Positions 36,186 to 49,392 of a DNA stretch of 64,000 nucleotides are shown here, piece after piece. This DNA is from Podarcis erhardii. Its lineage: Eukaryota. Location of the stretch: the NCBI GenBank assembly GCA_964252035.1, contig OZ176209.1; one strand, written 5' to 3'. Position numbers and translations under genes: made by a program. The notes under the pieces are model-generated. The model was not told the DNA's origin. It did not search any database and saw nothing but the letters and a program-made list of their open reading frames with translations. Position 1 is the first letter of the stretch. Each line of letters begins with the position of its first letter.

Positions 36186-36863
36186 CTGATGATAACATTG
36201 TCAAGGACTCCCCCTGCCCCAGTGAGTAAACTGTAAGGCTGCAGCCCTAGGCACTCTTAGTGAGCAAGAAGCATCATTGAACATAGTGGAATTTACTTCC
36301 AGGTAAAGGTGCATAGGATTGCACTGTATGTAAGATAAGACACACACCAAAGAGAAAAGTGTGGGTCCCAAAACTAAAGAAATCAATAAACAGATAAAAG
36401 TCATGGGCTATCAAATATATCAAATAGAATATGAAATCAACGTATTTGATTATATCTTCTAGAAAGTACAATATATAAAATAGCTTTTTAGAATTACCAG
36501 TATAATATTAAATACTGCAGGAGTCCTTAGTTTATAATTTAGAAGACTTGCTCCAAGCCTAGTGGCTGCTTATTCTATGTACTCTCAGCTGAGTTTATGG
36601 TGGTTTATTTTCTTTCCAACTGATGCTTACTCATAAGATTCTGCGTTCACTGCAATGTTCTCATCAGTCTCCAGTGCAATGTCTTATGGTAATACGGTCC
36701 AATGTGGTCTGCTGCTTTGAAAGGGGCTTCTTAATCATCCTTAATATCACTAACAGTAGAACGACACCTGAATAATGCAACTAATGAAATATTAACCTTA
36801 AGTAACTTCCAAGCTTAAAAGTGCTTCACCACTTAATGTGAATTGTATTCAGTGTAACATATA

Positions 36864-37105
36864 CAGTGGTACCTCAGGTTACATACGCTTCAGGTTACAT
36901 TTGCTTCAGGATACAGACTCCGCTAATCCAGAAATAGTACTTTGGGTTAAGAACTTTGCTTTAGGATGAGAACAGAAATTGTGCTCCGGCGGCACGGCAG
37001 CAGCAGGAGGCCCCATTAGCTAAAGTGGTGCTTCAGGTTAAGAACAGTTTCAGGTTAAGAACAGACCTCTGGAACAAATTAAGTACTTAACCCAAGGCAC
37101 CACTG
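36864..37105 (+). mobile_element. Tigger-like MITE (~240-bp family)
   Basis: Same TIRs, TA TSD. Confidence 0.88.
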
Positions 37106-38210
37106 TATTGTTACTTTAAACTGCAGGTGTATAATCACTAACATAGTTAAATTTTGTGTGCACGCATATGTATCTAAAACATACATGTGACTTTAATCTG
37201 TATGTGTTTGTATACGTTCATAACCCTTTTTCAAAAAGAAAAGAAAAGAAAAAAACACAGAAAAGCAAAGTATTTCCACGTGGTGCCCTTTGCAAATATT
37301 AATATAAATGAAATCCTGTCAACTGCCCTGAGTCCACAAGATAGGACAATATATAATAGACCAGCATATGGCTAGTACTATTGACAGCCTTATCCACCAA
37401 GGTCTTGTCCAATCCTTTTTAAAAACACATCCATGTTGGTGGCCATCACTGCAAGTCAATGAACAGTTGTAATGGCGCCAAGGAGAAGGTGGACCCACTC
37501 AAGGAAAAGTCCCCCTGTGGGCTTCTTACCCAAGGACCCCTTGAAACCTGGAACCAGCACTGCATTGAGCATAGTCATTAGATTTACCTCATATAAACTG
37601 CTGATTCTATCAATTCAGGGCCTTCTCGGGTTATCACTTTTTAATGCTGTAAATGGATAGTTACCCTTCTTTTTTATTAGAAAATTTCCCCTCAAGGTCA
37701 GTCAGCTGGTCAGTAACTCAGCCCAGGAGGGCAGATAGAAATCACTTAGCATCTTGGTAGTGGGATTAAAATCTACTGAAAGATATTGTACAGATGGTAT
37801 TCAGTTCTTGTTGGAAGAGACAAATAAATTCTTGTCTAGTTTCCTGGCTGATGTCCTCCAAGCTGCCTATGACACAAAGCCCCACAAAGAAGTAACATTT
37901 GGGCAGCTATGTTGAACTGGCTCCACTGGCTTTGTCAAGATTATTCAACTGGAAGTTAAGCTTTGAATTTGTTTCTTCCTTTAACCTCTCAATTGGAGGA
38001 GGCAACAGATTTTGCTCATGTACAGTCCCATTGAAGGTCTTAGTTGATAATTATATTAGGGAAGCACCTTTAAAATCATAACTTGTAGGGCAACTGAAGG
38101 GAAGAGGAATCACCATCCTTACCGGGAATCATGGGGATGAGACAATAGGGGCACTTCAACTGGCACTGTAGAAGTGTTTGTTTGCTGATGGACTAGGTGC
38201 CCTCACTCAC

Positions 38211-38255
38211 CTGCCATGTTTGCGTGGTGTTGACTGTGATCCCCTGTGCCTCCAT
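38211..38255 (-). CDS. Hypothetical nested antisense gene, candidate coding exon 1 (MEAQGITVNTTQTWQ)
   Basis: gagATGG Kozak context; 15 open codons; consensus donor CAG|GTGAGT, phase 0. Confidence 0.28.
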
Positions 38256-38325
38256 CTCTGTCTTCTGCTGGCAGGTACTATTAAGATTTCCCTTGCCACT
38301 CAGTTGCTCCACAGCAAACCCAGTG

Positions 38326-38362
38326 TTTTATATCGGCTTGACTCTCATGCCCTATCCCCAAT
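38326..38362 (-). promoter_or_regulatory. Candidate antisense promoter (CCAAT box plus TATA box)
   Basis: Minus-strand TATAAAA at 38332-38326; CCAAT at 38358-38362; Kozak ATG ~70 nt downstream and CAG|GTGAGT donor ~115 nt downstream. Confidence 0.3.
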
Positions 38363-38700
38363 CCTCTGAATTATATGGTTTGTTGAGAGTGCTGAGAATT
38401 CTGTTAGACATCCCTGGCAAGCCAGTTCTGTGAGTTCATGTGAAGAGGAAATGGCTATAAAACCAGTATATGTCAGCAAGTATATATTATATATCTTTAC
38501 TTAAGCAAGGTTTATATAAGGACAACAGCTGGCCAAGGGCTGTATTTTAATCGCTGCAGGGCAGAGAGGAACTAGGCAGGTATTGCTTCCACAGCAGTTT
38601 CACAGGAGAAGTGGATGTGCTTCCATTGTACTAAAAGGACAGAAACACTCTTGGGAGTGTAGTGACTATGAGGTGACAAAGCTGTGATGGTAGTCCTACT

Positions 38701-38858
38701 CAGTGGCGTAGCGTGGGGGGTGCAGGGGGGGCCGGCCGCACCGGGCGCAACATCTGGGGGTTAGGGAAATCCACGGGTTAGGGGGCGCAAATCCATGGGT
38801 TAGGGGGCGCAAATTACTTGCCTTGCCCCGGGTGCTGATAACCCACGCTACGCCACTG
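38701..38858. mobile_element. Young GC-rich hAT (Tip100-like) MITE
   Basis: Perfect TIR CAGTGGCGTAGCGTGG / CCACGCTACGCCACTG; perfect 8-bp TSD GTCCTACT (38693-38700, 38859-38866). Confidence 0.88.
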
Positions 38859-39215
38859 GTCCTACTTCAGTCAATGAATCTAGAACAGACTTTTGAATGT
38901 TCCCCACCATCTCCCGTCAAAGGGAAGCGAGGTGCCAAGAAACCAGGCGTTAATCCAAGGAGTGTAAAGGAACACACTCAGAACCAGGAAGACCAGTGTT
39001 GCTTGGGCAAAGTCCCAGGCCAAATAGGATGTCTTTTAGGCCCTTCCTGTGTAGGCCTGCCCAATGATCAGTCTGGGTGGGTCAGCTCAGTCCAGAAACT
39101 GAAAACATTTCAATGCCAGAAAGGTGCCCTAACCATACAGGGCAGCGGCACAGAGAGCTGACATTCAGTGGTTGTACCCCTGGTGGCTCTTGACATAACC
39201 CAAGTCTTTTCCTGT

Positions 39216-39375
39216 TAGGAACATAGGAAGCTGCTTTACACTTAGTCCATCCAGCTTAGTACTGGCTGTGCTGATTGTCTGCATGGGACATACCCAGCCC
39301 AGCCTTGAGATGGTGGGGATTGAACCTGAGACTTCTTGCATGCAAAGCAGAAGTTCTACCACTGAGCTGCAGACC
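39216..39375 (-). mobile_element. tRNA-Ala-derived SINE (Squam3-like)
   Basis: Head gctcagtggtagaa..ctttgcatgcaag..ggttcaatcccc has box A/B and a TGC anticodon-like loop; tail ..gcagcttcctatgttccta. Confidence 0.7.
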
Positions 39376-42300
39376 AGGTGCTACTTAGCTGCTTCCAAGG
39401 ACTTTTGTTTCGCTCTCCTCTTCAAAGATGATATCTCACATGCCACATGAACAACCCACTCTTCTGCATATTCTGCTGTCAGTGGACTAGTTCTGTGGTA
39501 GTAGCAAGCCTATAGGATCAGCCCTTAACATCTCTGCCAACTGTCTCTTTCCCAGCTCCAGTCATTCCCACACCCAAGTTATTTATGTGCCTATGTATCT
39601 GTGCTAGGTAGGATATCCTGTGGGTAAAAAGCTTTGTGAATAAAATAACAGGTGTTATTAGCATTATTATAAATCCTGGATGCCTGATGGCAGGTGTGGA
39701 AACAGAACATTTTGTCATCTCTGTGGATAGTCCCAAGACATTTAACAAATTGTAATAACAATTTTCCCTTCTGTGAATATTTCAGATTGTTAAATATTTA
39801 AACATCCATTTAATAGGAAGACTGCATCCGTGGCAAAGTGGGAAGTAGAGTTGAGCAAGAGAAAAATGCAATTCTCTCCTGTCAAAAATGCCATTCCAGG
39901 AAAAAGAAGCCATTCTCTCCACACTTTCTCTAATGTTACGCACATTCAAACTCCCCAAACATGCAAAAGGTTACAGATGGCCAAGTTAGATGGTGCATAG
40001 CCAATGACTATGTAACAGTCTCTCAGTTTTATTTTAATTTTTTTAATGAAAATCAGCAGTTGGAAGCCAGGGGGGAGGTGTGTGGGGAGAGGGAGGGTGA
40101 CTTAACCCTCCAGTTTTTTATCTGCTCAAAATCCATCCCCAGATGCTTTTTCACTTATGGGAGAAATTATATGGATGCATAGCTGCTTTTAAGAAAAATA
40201 CAGTCATCACGTCTAAATGTATATATGCAGATCTCTGCCCTTTTTTCTGTGTGACGAAGTTCCTCTTTTTAAAAAAGCAATGCATTCTATTGGAGTTAGA
40301 AAGTGCTGGGCCTCAACTGTATTTTTATCGTAAAGCAAATGGTTGAAGTTCTTCAGTAAGAAGCTATGTCTGTTCTTTGTGGAAGATAGATAGCACCTCT
40401 AAATCTCTGTTATAGCACACAAACTACATGGCTATGTAGCTTTGTCTCAGGAATGTGGTGTTAATGTTCCGTCTTCTGCCCCGTCACTACACCTCTGTGG
40501 ATGGGAAAAAATCCACATCTATAGGACTGTTAAAGGAGCTGTTACAGAAGGAGTATTAGTATAATCAGAAAGAGCACTCTTTGGATCCCTGTGCCACCCT
40601 TTGGGTAGGAGGGTGACTTGACAAAGGAAGAGGAAAACTCCAAGTTCAGTCCCTGGCATTTCCATTAAAAAGAATAAGCAGGTGGTGGGAAAACCTCTCT
40701 CTTCCTGCCAGAATACTAGGCTAGAAGATGGACAGTTACTCTCACCTGTTAGCTTTGCTGCTAACACCTGCTGAAGTGTATAAACTGCATAAACTGATGT
40801 GGCAGTGAAAAGATGACTGCCTCAGTGGATTCCTATGTCCTATCTGGACTCCTGACGTTCTCCTTGTTCTTGTCATAAGTATGCACAGTTCTGCATTTTC
40901 TCTACTACTCAAATCACTCAGGCTCATCAGATAAGTGACCGACATATTGCTACATAGCTGGTGAAGCCATGCACTGATTCTGCTAGAATGTAGAGCCCTA
41001 TGGATTTACAATGAATCCTCAGGACTTAAACAGTTGCCCTTTTACGTAAAGTATTCCTGTTTCAATGATGAGCCATATTTCTGGCAGATATAATTTTTAA
41101 AAAAATGTTTTTATCGAAAGATTTGGTGGTAGGGTGTGGGCTTCTGCAAATGTCCAGTGACACTACCCACTGAGACTGGCTCTGAAATAGCTTGAACACA
41201 TTCAGTAATGCTTATGATCTGGATCTGTGGCTATTTCATGGAGGGAAAAGAAAGAAAACCATAACTTGGCATTTTGTGTCTATTGGTGGTAGTGGTTTTT
41301 TTAACATGCCTGTGCTCTACAGTCATGACACATCCGCCCCCCACTAAGATTTAACTTCCACATACCTGTTAGAGGGAGGCGTAAACTGTAGAGTACATAT
41401 AAATTTTCACATGCAAATTTTATGCAGTATGCAAATAATTGCCCTCCTTTCCTTATTTACATTCTGGTATTACTGAAAGAAATCTACCCTTTCTCCATTT
41501 TTGCAAATAGGTTCCAAAAAGTTGTTAATTGGCCACATAAATATACATATGTTTTAGAAGTTGGGGGCAGGGGAGAGTATCTAACTGCCATCTCTGCTTG
41601 AGTTGCACACATATTGGAAAGCCACCCTTCACAGTGGAGCAGTTGTCATTAATAAGTGAAATAAAAATTGCCTTTCCCCCCCTTCCTTTTAACACCCAAA
41701 AGTTAGAGCTCAAGTGATAGATAGCCCTGGAGATTTAAGGCTCCCCACCCCTTCCCCCTTCAGAGAGAAATCAGTGCAGCATTAATTTCTTCCATGATGT
41801 CAGGAATGACAGCTTAGAAGTGTTTTTTTCTAGAATTGAAACAGAGGGTGAATTTATATTCAGGCAGCAATGAGCATGGGATTGCTGCATGGGACATCCA
41901 GAAAGTACAACTGGTGCAGAATTCATTAGCCCCATTGCCAACTGGGGCTGGGTGCTGCAAGCATAGTGTACCTGCATTGGCTTCCAAGGAAGGAGGTGAT
42001 AATAAGGTTTTCAAGTTTACTTTTTGTTTGTTACATATTGGCATAGAGGAAACCAGAGGATAAGGTCAGCTTATTATTTCATGACCTGTCAGCTGAGCCT
42101 CATAATTCAGGTGTTATGCTATATACTACTGTTCTGTAGGTGTGGATTTGGGTGTAATGAATGGATCAGAACAGTTGACTGCAGTTTTGGACTCTATAGC
42201 TATAGGGACTGTTGTGGAAAATTTACCACTACACTATTGCAAAGCCTCAAGATCCTCAAGTTTGTGGCATATAATTCATCATAGTGATAGTCTATTTCCT

Positions 42301-43936
42301 GCCCTCTCTATAAGGAGCTCACATTAGCAATTTAACCGCACACTAACCCTCACAGGGTTATGGGGAGGCTAACATGAGGGAGGGTGTTTGTTTTTTATCA
42401 GCAAAAACTAAAATGGGGTCAAGAGAGCAGTTGAAAACTGGATGCCTATGCCAAAAGCAGTAACCAACAAATTCATTTTTCCAGAGCTACATTCTGATAG
42501 TTCACCACTACAGCACAAATTCCTGGGAGCTCTACTAACCTGCAAGGAAGCAGGCAAGCTGCCATGATCACAGGAATGAGTTGCTTGCTCTTCTGCGTAG
42601 CCAAAGATAAATGGACACATGTGGCACTGTAATGTATGAGCTGCTTCTTGGAATGAGAAGATCTACTCTGAAAAAGCAATTGGGACCAACTCAGAGGAGC
42701 GTAAAAAAGAGCAGAGCGAGTTTTGGCTGGCTAGAACAGGATAGTTGACTCTGTTGTAGAGATAGCAGGGCAGCAGTGATGATGGTGGGGGAGCCATACT
42801 TTTAGGAAACATGCTTAAGATTCCAGGATATACCACCCAGGAAGCAAGCTGATGTCAATTCACTCTGATGCTCTGTTTCCACCGGAGCTACAGAATAAAC
42901 AACTGTGCTTTTAAGTTGCACACATTTGGAGCACTAAAATGGTGAGCAACCTGTAAATTTATCTCACTTTGAATCCTGCTTCCTATAGTTGTATTGAACT
43001 GAGGTGTGAGGTGAGTTAGGCAGGAAGGTGTGTGTGGCGGGGGAAGTGTTTGGCAAAAGGGGAATTTAATTTAGAAAAAGGGAGAAAAAGTACAGCAGGC
43101 CCTTTCAGGTGCTGCTGTTTGATGCTATTTAGAACAGTCACTCATGTCTCTCCGAATAAATAGTAATGACTGTTTCTTGCAACTCCACTGTGAACCATAT
43201 TCACTCCATGCAGGGAAGCACAAAATAAAGCCACATGCAACTCACACAAGATGATGTCTCTTGTAATATTCAGCAGTCAGGCCTGGTTAGAAGCATTTCA
43301 TTATCTCAGAATTACGAGGGAGCTTCCTGCAGTTGCCAAGGCTTGTTTATTCCTCTGCTCCTTTCTTTCTTTTTTTCTTTTCCTTTCTGTGAAATGCCAC
43401 ACTTATTGATTCTGAACAGAGCTGCAAGGTCAGATTGCGGACATCTGCCCCTAAAAACTATTGTTATGATTATTATGTTATTAGAACCCCGTTTGATTTA
43501 AGGCAAATATGCCTGGGAATTTTGTTTAAAATCTTTTCTTCTCCACTCCCTACTCCCCCACCTCCATTCCCTCAGTTTTTAGTGAAAAAAACTGGCAGTT
43601 GAGGTATGCCTTTGAACAGCAAGGCTGTGTATTCAGTTTTGCCCTGGGCCTGACATATAAATCCGTGGGAGACAACACAGTGAAACTGTTGACTTAGGGC
43701 CCTTCTGGACCATCAGTATTCTCAGGTGGGATTCAGCACATTCAGTTCGTGCAGGGTAAAGTTGATTTTGCACTTTTGCACACACCCCATTTATACCTTT
43801 TGCAAGAAGGAAAGTGATGAGAAAACACACTGGAAAGTGTGTGGTAACCAGGGATGGATTCAGGTTTGATGAGGCCCTAAGGTACTGAAGGTAATAGGGC
43901 CCTTTATATGTCCAGCTGTCCTTTGTCAACAACATT

Positions 43937-43939
<3 letters not shown>

Positions 43940-44021
<82 letters not shown>
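43940..44021. repeat. Compound (CT)n(CA)n microsatellite
   Basis: About 26 CT units directly followed by about 14 CA units. Confidence 0.97.
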
Positions 44022-44024
<3 letters not shown>

Positions 44025-44251
44025 CAGTAGATGTAATGGCCAGCATACTGGAATTTACTGGGTCTTTGAACTGAGTCTGCAAGTTCCATGTAGTTGCAAT
44101 GAAAACTTGTGTTTGGTGACCACATGGCAGGGCACCAGGAATTCAATGTACAGTTGTAGTCTTGTTGGCGAGGAACAAAGAGAAACATACCCTGATATTT
44201 CTGCCATTAACAAATGGAAGTCCTATTCAGCTTTCAATTATAAACCTTCTC

Positions 44252-44931
44252 GATACAACCTACCTGAGTTTAATACTCTCAAATTGTGGAGCCCTGATAA
44301 AGTTCGGGAATGGATCTTTGAAAAAGACGCCTTTTTGGACTCCACCAAGATAAAAAAACTCAGGGTTTTCCTACTGGTTCCCCCGAGTAAAAGCAGTCAA
44401 AATCTGTGCCAACTACTTGGTGGATATCACCGATCCCATCCTTCGGAGAGCTTTCACATGGCACGGTTTTAAACATTGCCAACTGCCTACCTGACCGGTA
44501 GATATACAAAAACCCCAGTAGAACATAGTTTATGTCCTTGCCTTATGAAAATTAAAGAGGATCTTACACATTACTTCCTCTATTGCCCCATTTACTTGGG
44601 GTTTAGAGACGCATTGCTGCAAATTATACCCAACTCTATAACCAGTCCTGAAGATAGAGTAAAATTTTTGTTAGTTGATGCAAACCCACGCATTACCCAT
44701 GTGGTAGTGGTCTTTGTGATGAAGGCCATGAAAGCCAGGGAAAGATTTATAGACGACAATGTAAAGACCCCTTCACCGTCTGTTTAACTCGCTGTTCGTT
44801 TTCCCTCCTTTTCTATCTTGTGGGAAGAAGGTTTTGTTGGCATAGTATGTAATGAATTTTAATATTTTTAACTACTGTAGTGTTGATTTTTGTGCACAGG
44901 CATGGTCCTCACAATAAACGGATTTGATTTG
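44252..44931 (+). mobile_element. 5'-truncated non-LTR retrotransposon with C-terminal CCHC-type knuckle (RTE-X-like)
   Basis: 15-bp TSD ATTATAAACCTTCTC (44237-44251, 44932-44946); frameshifted ORF ..YLVDITDPILRRAF..PTAYLTGRYTKTPVEHSLCPC..EDLTHYFLYCPIY..; AATAAA then (GATTT)n tail. Confidence 0.8.
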
Positions 44932-47900
44932 ATTATAAACCTTCTCCAAAAATTTCAGTCGTTTCTCTGAAAGTTCTCTTGCTACCAAATTCCATTTGAG
45001 ATATTAGATTCCATGTTTAGACCATAGAGGGCTGCAAACTGTCCAAGATGGTTGGGTAAATTTGAATAAATAAGTCTCTCATTGAAGTAATATATTGCAG
45101 AACACTCTAGGAGGGTGAACACAACTCATTTAGATAATAGAACTTGAAATTTGGATAAAGGGGTTTCTACTGTATTAACATCAGGAAGCAAAAACTTGCT
45201 GTCAGAAAAAAAGGCAGATCATAAATGCCTGGCTGTGTCGGGTTTATTGCTCAGAGCTGCTGTAAAGAATTCTTGTTTGGCTTCTCAAGGTTTCTGTGCT
45301 AGGTAAACAGTTGAGAGATTTCACCCTACGGAGGAGTACACCTTCATCCCCACTGTTTTTCAGGTGGAAATAAAAACACACCATCACCAGAGTTTGCTTT
45401 CCTGAAGGAGATTCTATTGTGCCCCTTTCTGAGAATGGATTGCACTTGATTTGCAAAGAAGAGGCAGGAGAATTAAATGAAAAGAGATGTTGCTGTTTCC
45501 TAAGGAAAAAATTGCATACACATACTTACTTAACTGGATTTGTGCTTTATTTTAGTTCTGCAATTCTTCTTTCCCATCCTTGATGTAGTTGCCTTCTTTT
45601 TCTTTTTCTTTTTTTGGAAAAAATGTATTTGTGTTCCTGAGGTGACTGCAGGCTGGTTTATAGTTTCCTGTGCCTCAACTTTACAGAGCAACAGAAGTGA
45701 TACACGTATATATGCAGCGCTTTAGGCAGAGCCTTTTAAGTTGGAAAAGAGAGTGTTTTCTGCTTTAAAAGTGTCAAGGTTAATACACAGATGCAAAAAA
45801 AGCAGGACTTCCATTAACTCCCCTCGCCAGTCCCAGCCTCCCCACTTCCCTCCATTAATTCTTTATTGGGGTTCCCCCACATAAGGGATTGCTTATAATA
45901 TATTACTCTCACCTTGTAAATTTCATTTTGTCCTTGCTTTTTAAAAATATTTTTGTACCCCTTAAAACCAAATTGAAATGTACAGCAACATAAATGGAAG
46001 GATTCTACCCTTCTCCATAGTATTCTAGTAAGTTTTTTTGTGTTCATGGATAATGGTTTATTGAGGAGGGGTTTTTTGTTTTGTTTTTACTTGTGAGTAT
46101 TAAGACATGTAGTCCTCTAACCTGAGTCCAGCTCAGGATTGCAGCACCACGTGTCCCAGTTTGCATGTCATGTTAAAACATAGTTAACCATAGGTTTACC
46201 GTGCATGAGCCTTCCCACTTCCCACTTGCACTGTGGGTAAACAAACCACAATCCTTGGTTTGTTTAGCTCAGACAAACTACAACTGGTAAGTACGAACTT
46301 CACCTTATCATTATGGTTTGTTTAGCATGAAACTCAGCCCAGGGACTGTGCTTTATTTCTCCCAAGTCCTAGTAGGGAGGAGCAAAATGAAAGCAGTAGA
46401 TTCATGCACAGTAAGCCATGGTTTGCGACTTACTGCACTGTTCGAACATAGTCTCTGGATGTGTGCTTTGGCTTTAAATTTGAACCCAAACCTCCAGTGA
46501 GGTACTGCACGCACACAAAAGTCTACTCTTGACTTTCTTTGAGCAGATTGTTGCTCCACTCCAGTAGAAATTATAGTGGGCTCCACACTTAATAAGACAA
46601 TTTATGCTGGTGTTTCCTGGGATCTCTGTCCCAGTCAATGTCCCTCAATACATGCACATTCATGGCTATTTAAAGATGTGTCTTTTGTCCACAACTTACA
46701 TGCCCAAAACACTGGTGTACACACAACAATTGTGTGCTGCATGCAGCATGGATCTGCCTTTACACCATGTATGTCAGAACATGTGTGAATTCTGTGATAC
46801 TTATGACTATCTTCAGATGTTTTAAAAAAAAACAATCAGGCCACACAGCTGTATGTGTGTGTTGTGTCAGTGTATTGTGTTATAGCTGCTGGACGACCAT
46901 TTCTTTGTCATAGGCTGGAGTGGTTGCTTGATGCTCCCTCAACAAGATATAACAACAGGAGATGGTCTCCTGATAGTTGGAGGTCTCTCCTGCATGTTTT
47001 TGAAGGAGATAGCCATCAGAGCTTAGAGTGTAGCTTCCAGTGTAGAAGGGTGTATGTATGCACACATGCAAACACACAGCCATGTGAAAACAGGACTTTT
47101 CGGATAACAGTATGAGAGAATGCCTAAAGGAGTCCCTCTTTGCCTCAATGTATGCTTCATTAATATATTTGTATGTGAAGAAATATACAAAACTCCACAA
47201 GGCTGGAGCCTTTGCAGAATGAAAGCACACTGATTTTGTGATTGTGCTATGGTTTTTGCAATGTTTATAGGTATTTATGTGTGTTAATTTTGGGTGTGAT
47301 TTTGTTGTGCATCACTCTGGGCTGCTTTTGGAGGAAGAGCAATCAAAATAAAATAGCCTTCAGTGCTCTCTTATAGAATTGTAGAGTTGGAAGAAAACCA
47401 AGGGTCATATTCTCCAACCCCCTGCAAAGCAGGAATATTTGGGTTGTGCTGCATCTGAAACTTTCATATCCTGGTGATGTAGGGAACACATAACAATTTG
47501 TACATACACTGAAAACACGCTCTCTGAAAAACAAATGATCAATGGTATACGCAATTTCAAATATTAGAAGCATTATTCATGCCTTCAAATATCCAATTAT
47601 AAACTTCTGTACAGTATGATCTTTTTTTTTAATGCACTACAACTGACCAAATGCGCACACCCTGGCAAGGCTATTAATACGATGTGGCCTAAAGGAGTCC
47701 AAGTGACCCTGGCTTCGGGATTAAGTGGTCACAGTCCCAAATTGAGGTCAGAGGAAGGCACCTTTAGAAAAACAAGAGGAGAAGTGGGAGGGAGGTGGAA
47801 GGAAAAGCCACTGGCACCACAGAGTACTAGTCTCAGCAACGTAGACAAGCAGTCAGTCGCCTGTTCAAAGACTTGTGCCAGTGACCTTTTAATTCCTTTG

Positions 47901-48732
47901 TGAAATGAAAGCAGACATTCCAGCAAGCTCTGTGCCTTGCTGCCTCAGCAAAGAGAGGCTGCTTATATTATCAGAGGATGGGCTTTTTTTCCCCCTTTTG
48001 CTTTTACACAAACAAAATGCTCCCCATAGTTTTCTGACTGCCTTCATTCTTCAGCCATTTCATCACCTCACTCCCATCTCGAGTGTTGGAAACAGTCTTG
48101 ATTTTATCATGTATCAAGCGGCAGCACTCCCCCCCCCTCCTGAAGCGATAAGGCAGGTACAAATAGAAACCTGAAGTGTTTTTTTAAAACAAAAGGGGGG
48201 CAACCTTCCATTTTTGTGAGCTATCTTGGTTTGCAAATGCCCAGAAACATTGCAACGGTAGGATCCCCCATGTCCAGGTCTATGACCTTTGGGCAGCCTA
48301 ATCCTGTGATCTTCTTGAGAGATCTGCTACTATTCCTCTACTTCCCTCCCTACAGACCCCCTCGGGTGTAGCCTGCTTGGGAGTTCCATTGCTATCAGAA
48401 GTAGCAGCTGGTGAGACTCCATTCTCTGTGGTAGCATCTAAGTTGTGGAATTCTCACCCCACAGAGGTGTGTCTGGTGCCTGCGCAGTACAACTTTTGGC
48501 AAACACTCTGGCCCTTGACACCTGAGAAGTGTGTTTTCAGGACCCACCCTGTTCCTGTAATTTGCTTTAGCTGTTTTCAGTGCTGAATTTTAAATTGTTG
48601 TAGCCTGTCCTGGCACCTGCTGGTGAACAACAACAGTAATAGTGATAATAGTGATAAATAATACTGTGGTAAAATACTTGCCCAAGTGAAAGATAATCAG
48701 GATCCTATACTTACCCAGCAGTGATATAATAA

Positions 48733-48752
48733 TTATATTATTTATACATACA

Positions 48753-48783
<31 letters not shown>

Positions 48784-49270
48784 CCCGTCCATCTAGCTGG
48801 GTTTCCTCAGCTACAGCATATATTGAAACATAATAAAGCATCAAACACTAAAAACTTCCCAATACAGGACTGCCTTCAGATGTCTTCTAAAAGTTATGTA
48901 CTGTTGTTCTTTAGCTGCTTGACATCTGGAGGGAGGGTGTTCCACAGGGAGGGTGCCACTACCAAGAAGGTCCTCTGCCTGGTTCCCTGTAACTTCACTT
49001 CTCACAGTGATGGAACCAGCAGAACACCCTCGGAGGAGGACCTCAGTGTCTGGGCTGAACGATGCGGGTGGAGACGCTCCTTCATGTATACTGGGCCAAG
49101 CCCGTTAAAGGTCAGGACCAACACTTTGAATTGTGCTCGGAAACATACTGGGAGCCAATGAAGATTCTTTAGGACTGGTGTTATATGGTCCTGGCAGCCA
49201 CTCCCAGTCACCAGTCTACCTGCAGCATTCTGGATTAGTTGTGGTTTCTGAGTTACTTTCAGAGGTAGCC
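48733..49270 (-). mobile_element. L2 LINE 3' fragment
   Basis: Minus strand HITPVLKNLHWLPVCFRAQFKVLVLTF; (TACA)n tail at 48746-48781. Confidence 0.85.
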
Positions 49271-49392
49271 CACGTAGAGCGCATTTTTGTCACATTCCTC
49301 CAAGGAGCTCAAGGCAGTGTACATGACTCTGTCCACCCCACATTATATGCTCATTCTGTGAGGTAGGTTAGGCTGGGAAAGAGAGGGAGATA

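Noticed and set aside
38123-38165. 43-nt minus-strand mini-exon (ttctacag| ... ccg|gtaagg)
   Set aside because: It would need a 45-nt intron from the 38210 donor, too short for a vertebrate; read-through hits a stop
39300-39375. Possible tRNA-Ala gene
   Set aside because: Acceptor stem does not pair and it continues into a SINE body and tail, so it is a SINE head
43633-44472. 149-aa and 178-aa ORFs
   Set aside because: Opened by the (CT)n(CA)n microsatellite; the rest is retrotransposon ORF2 remnant
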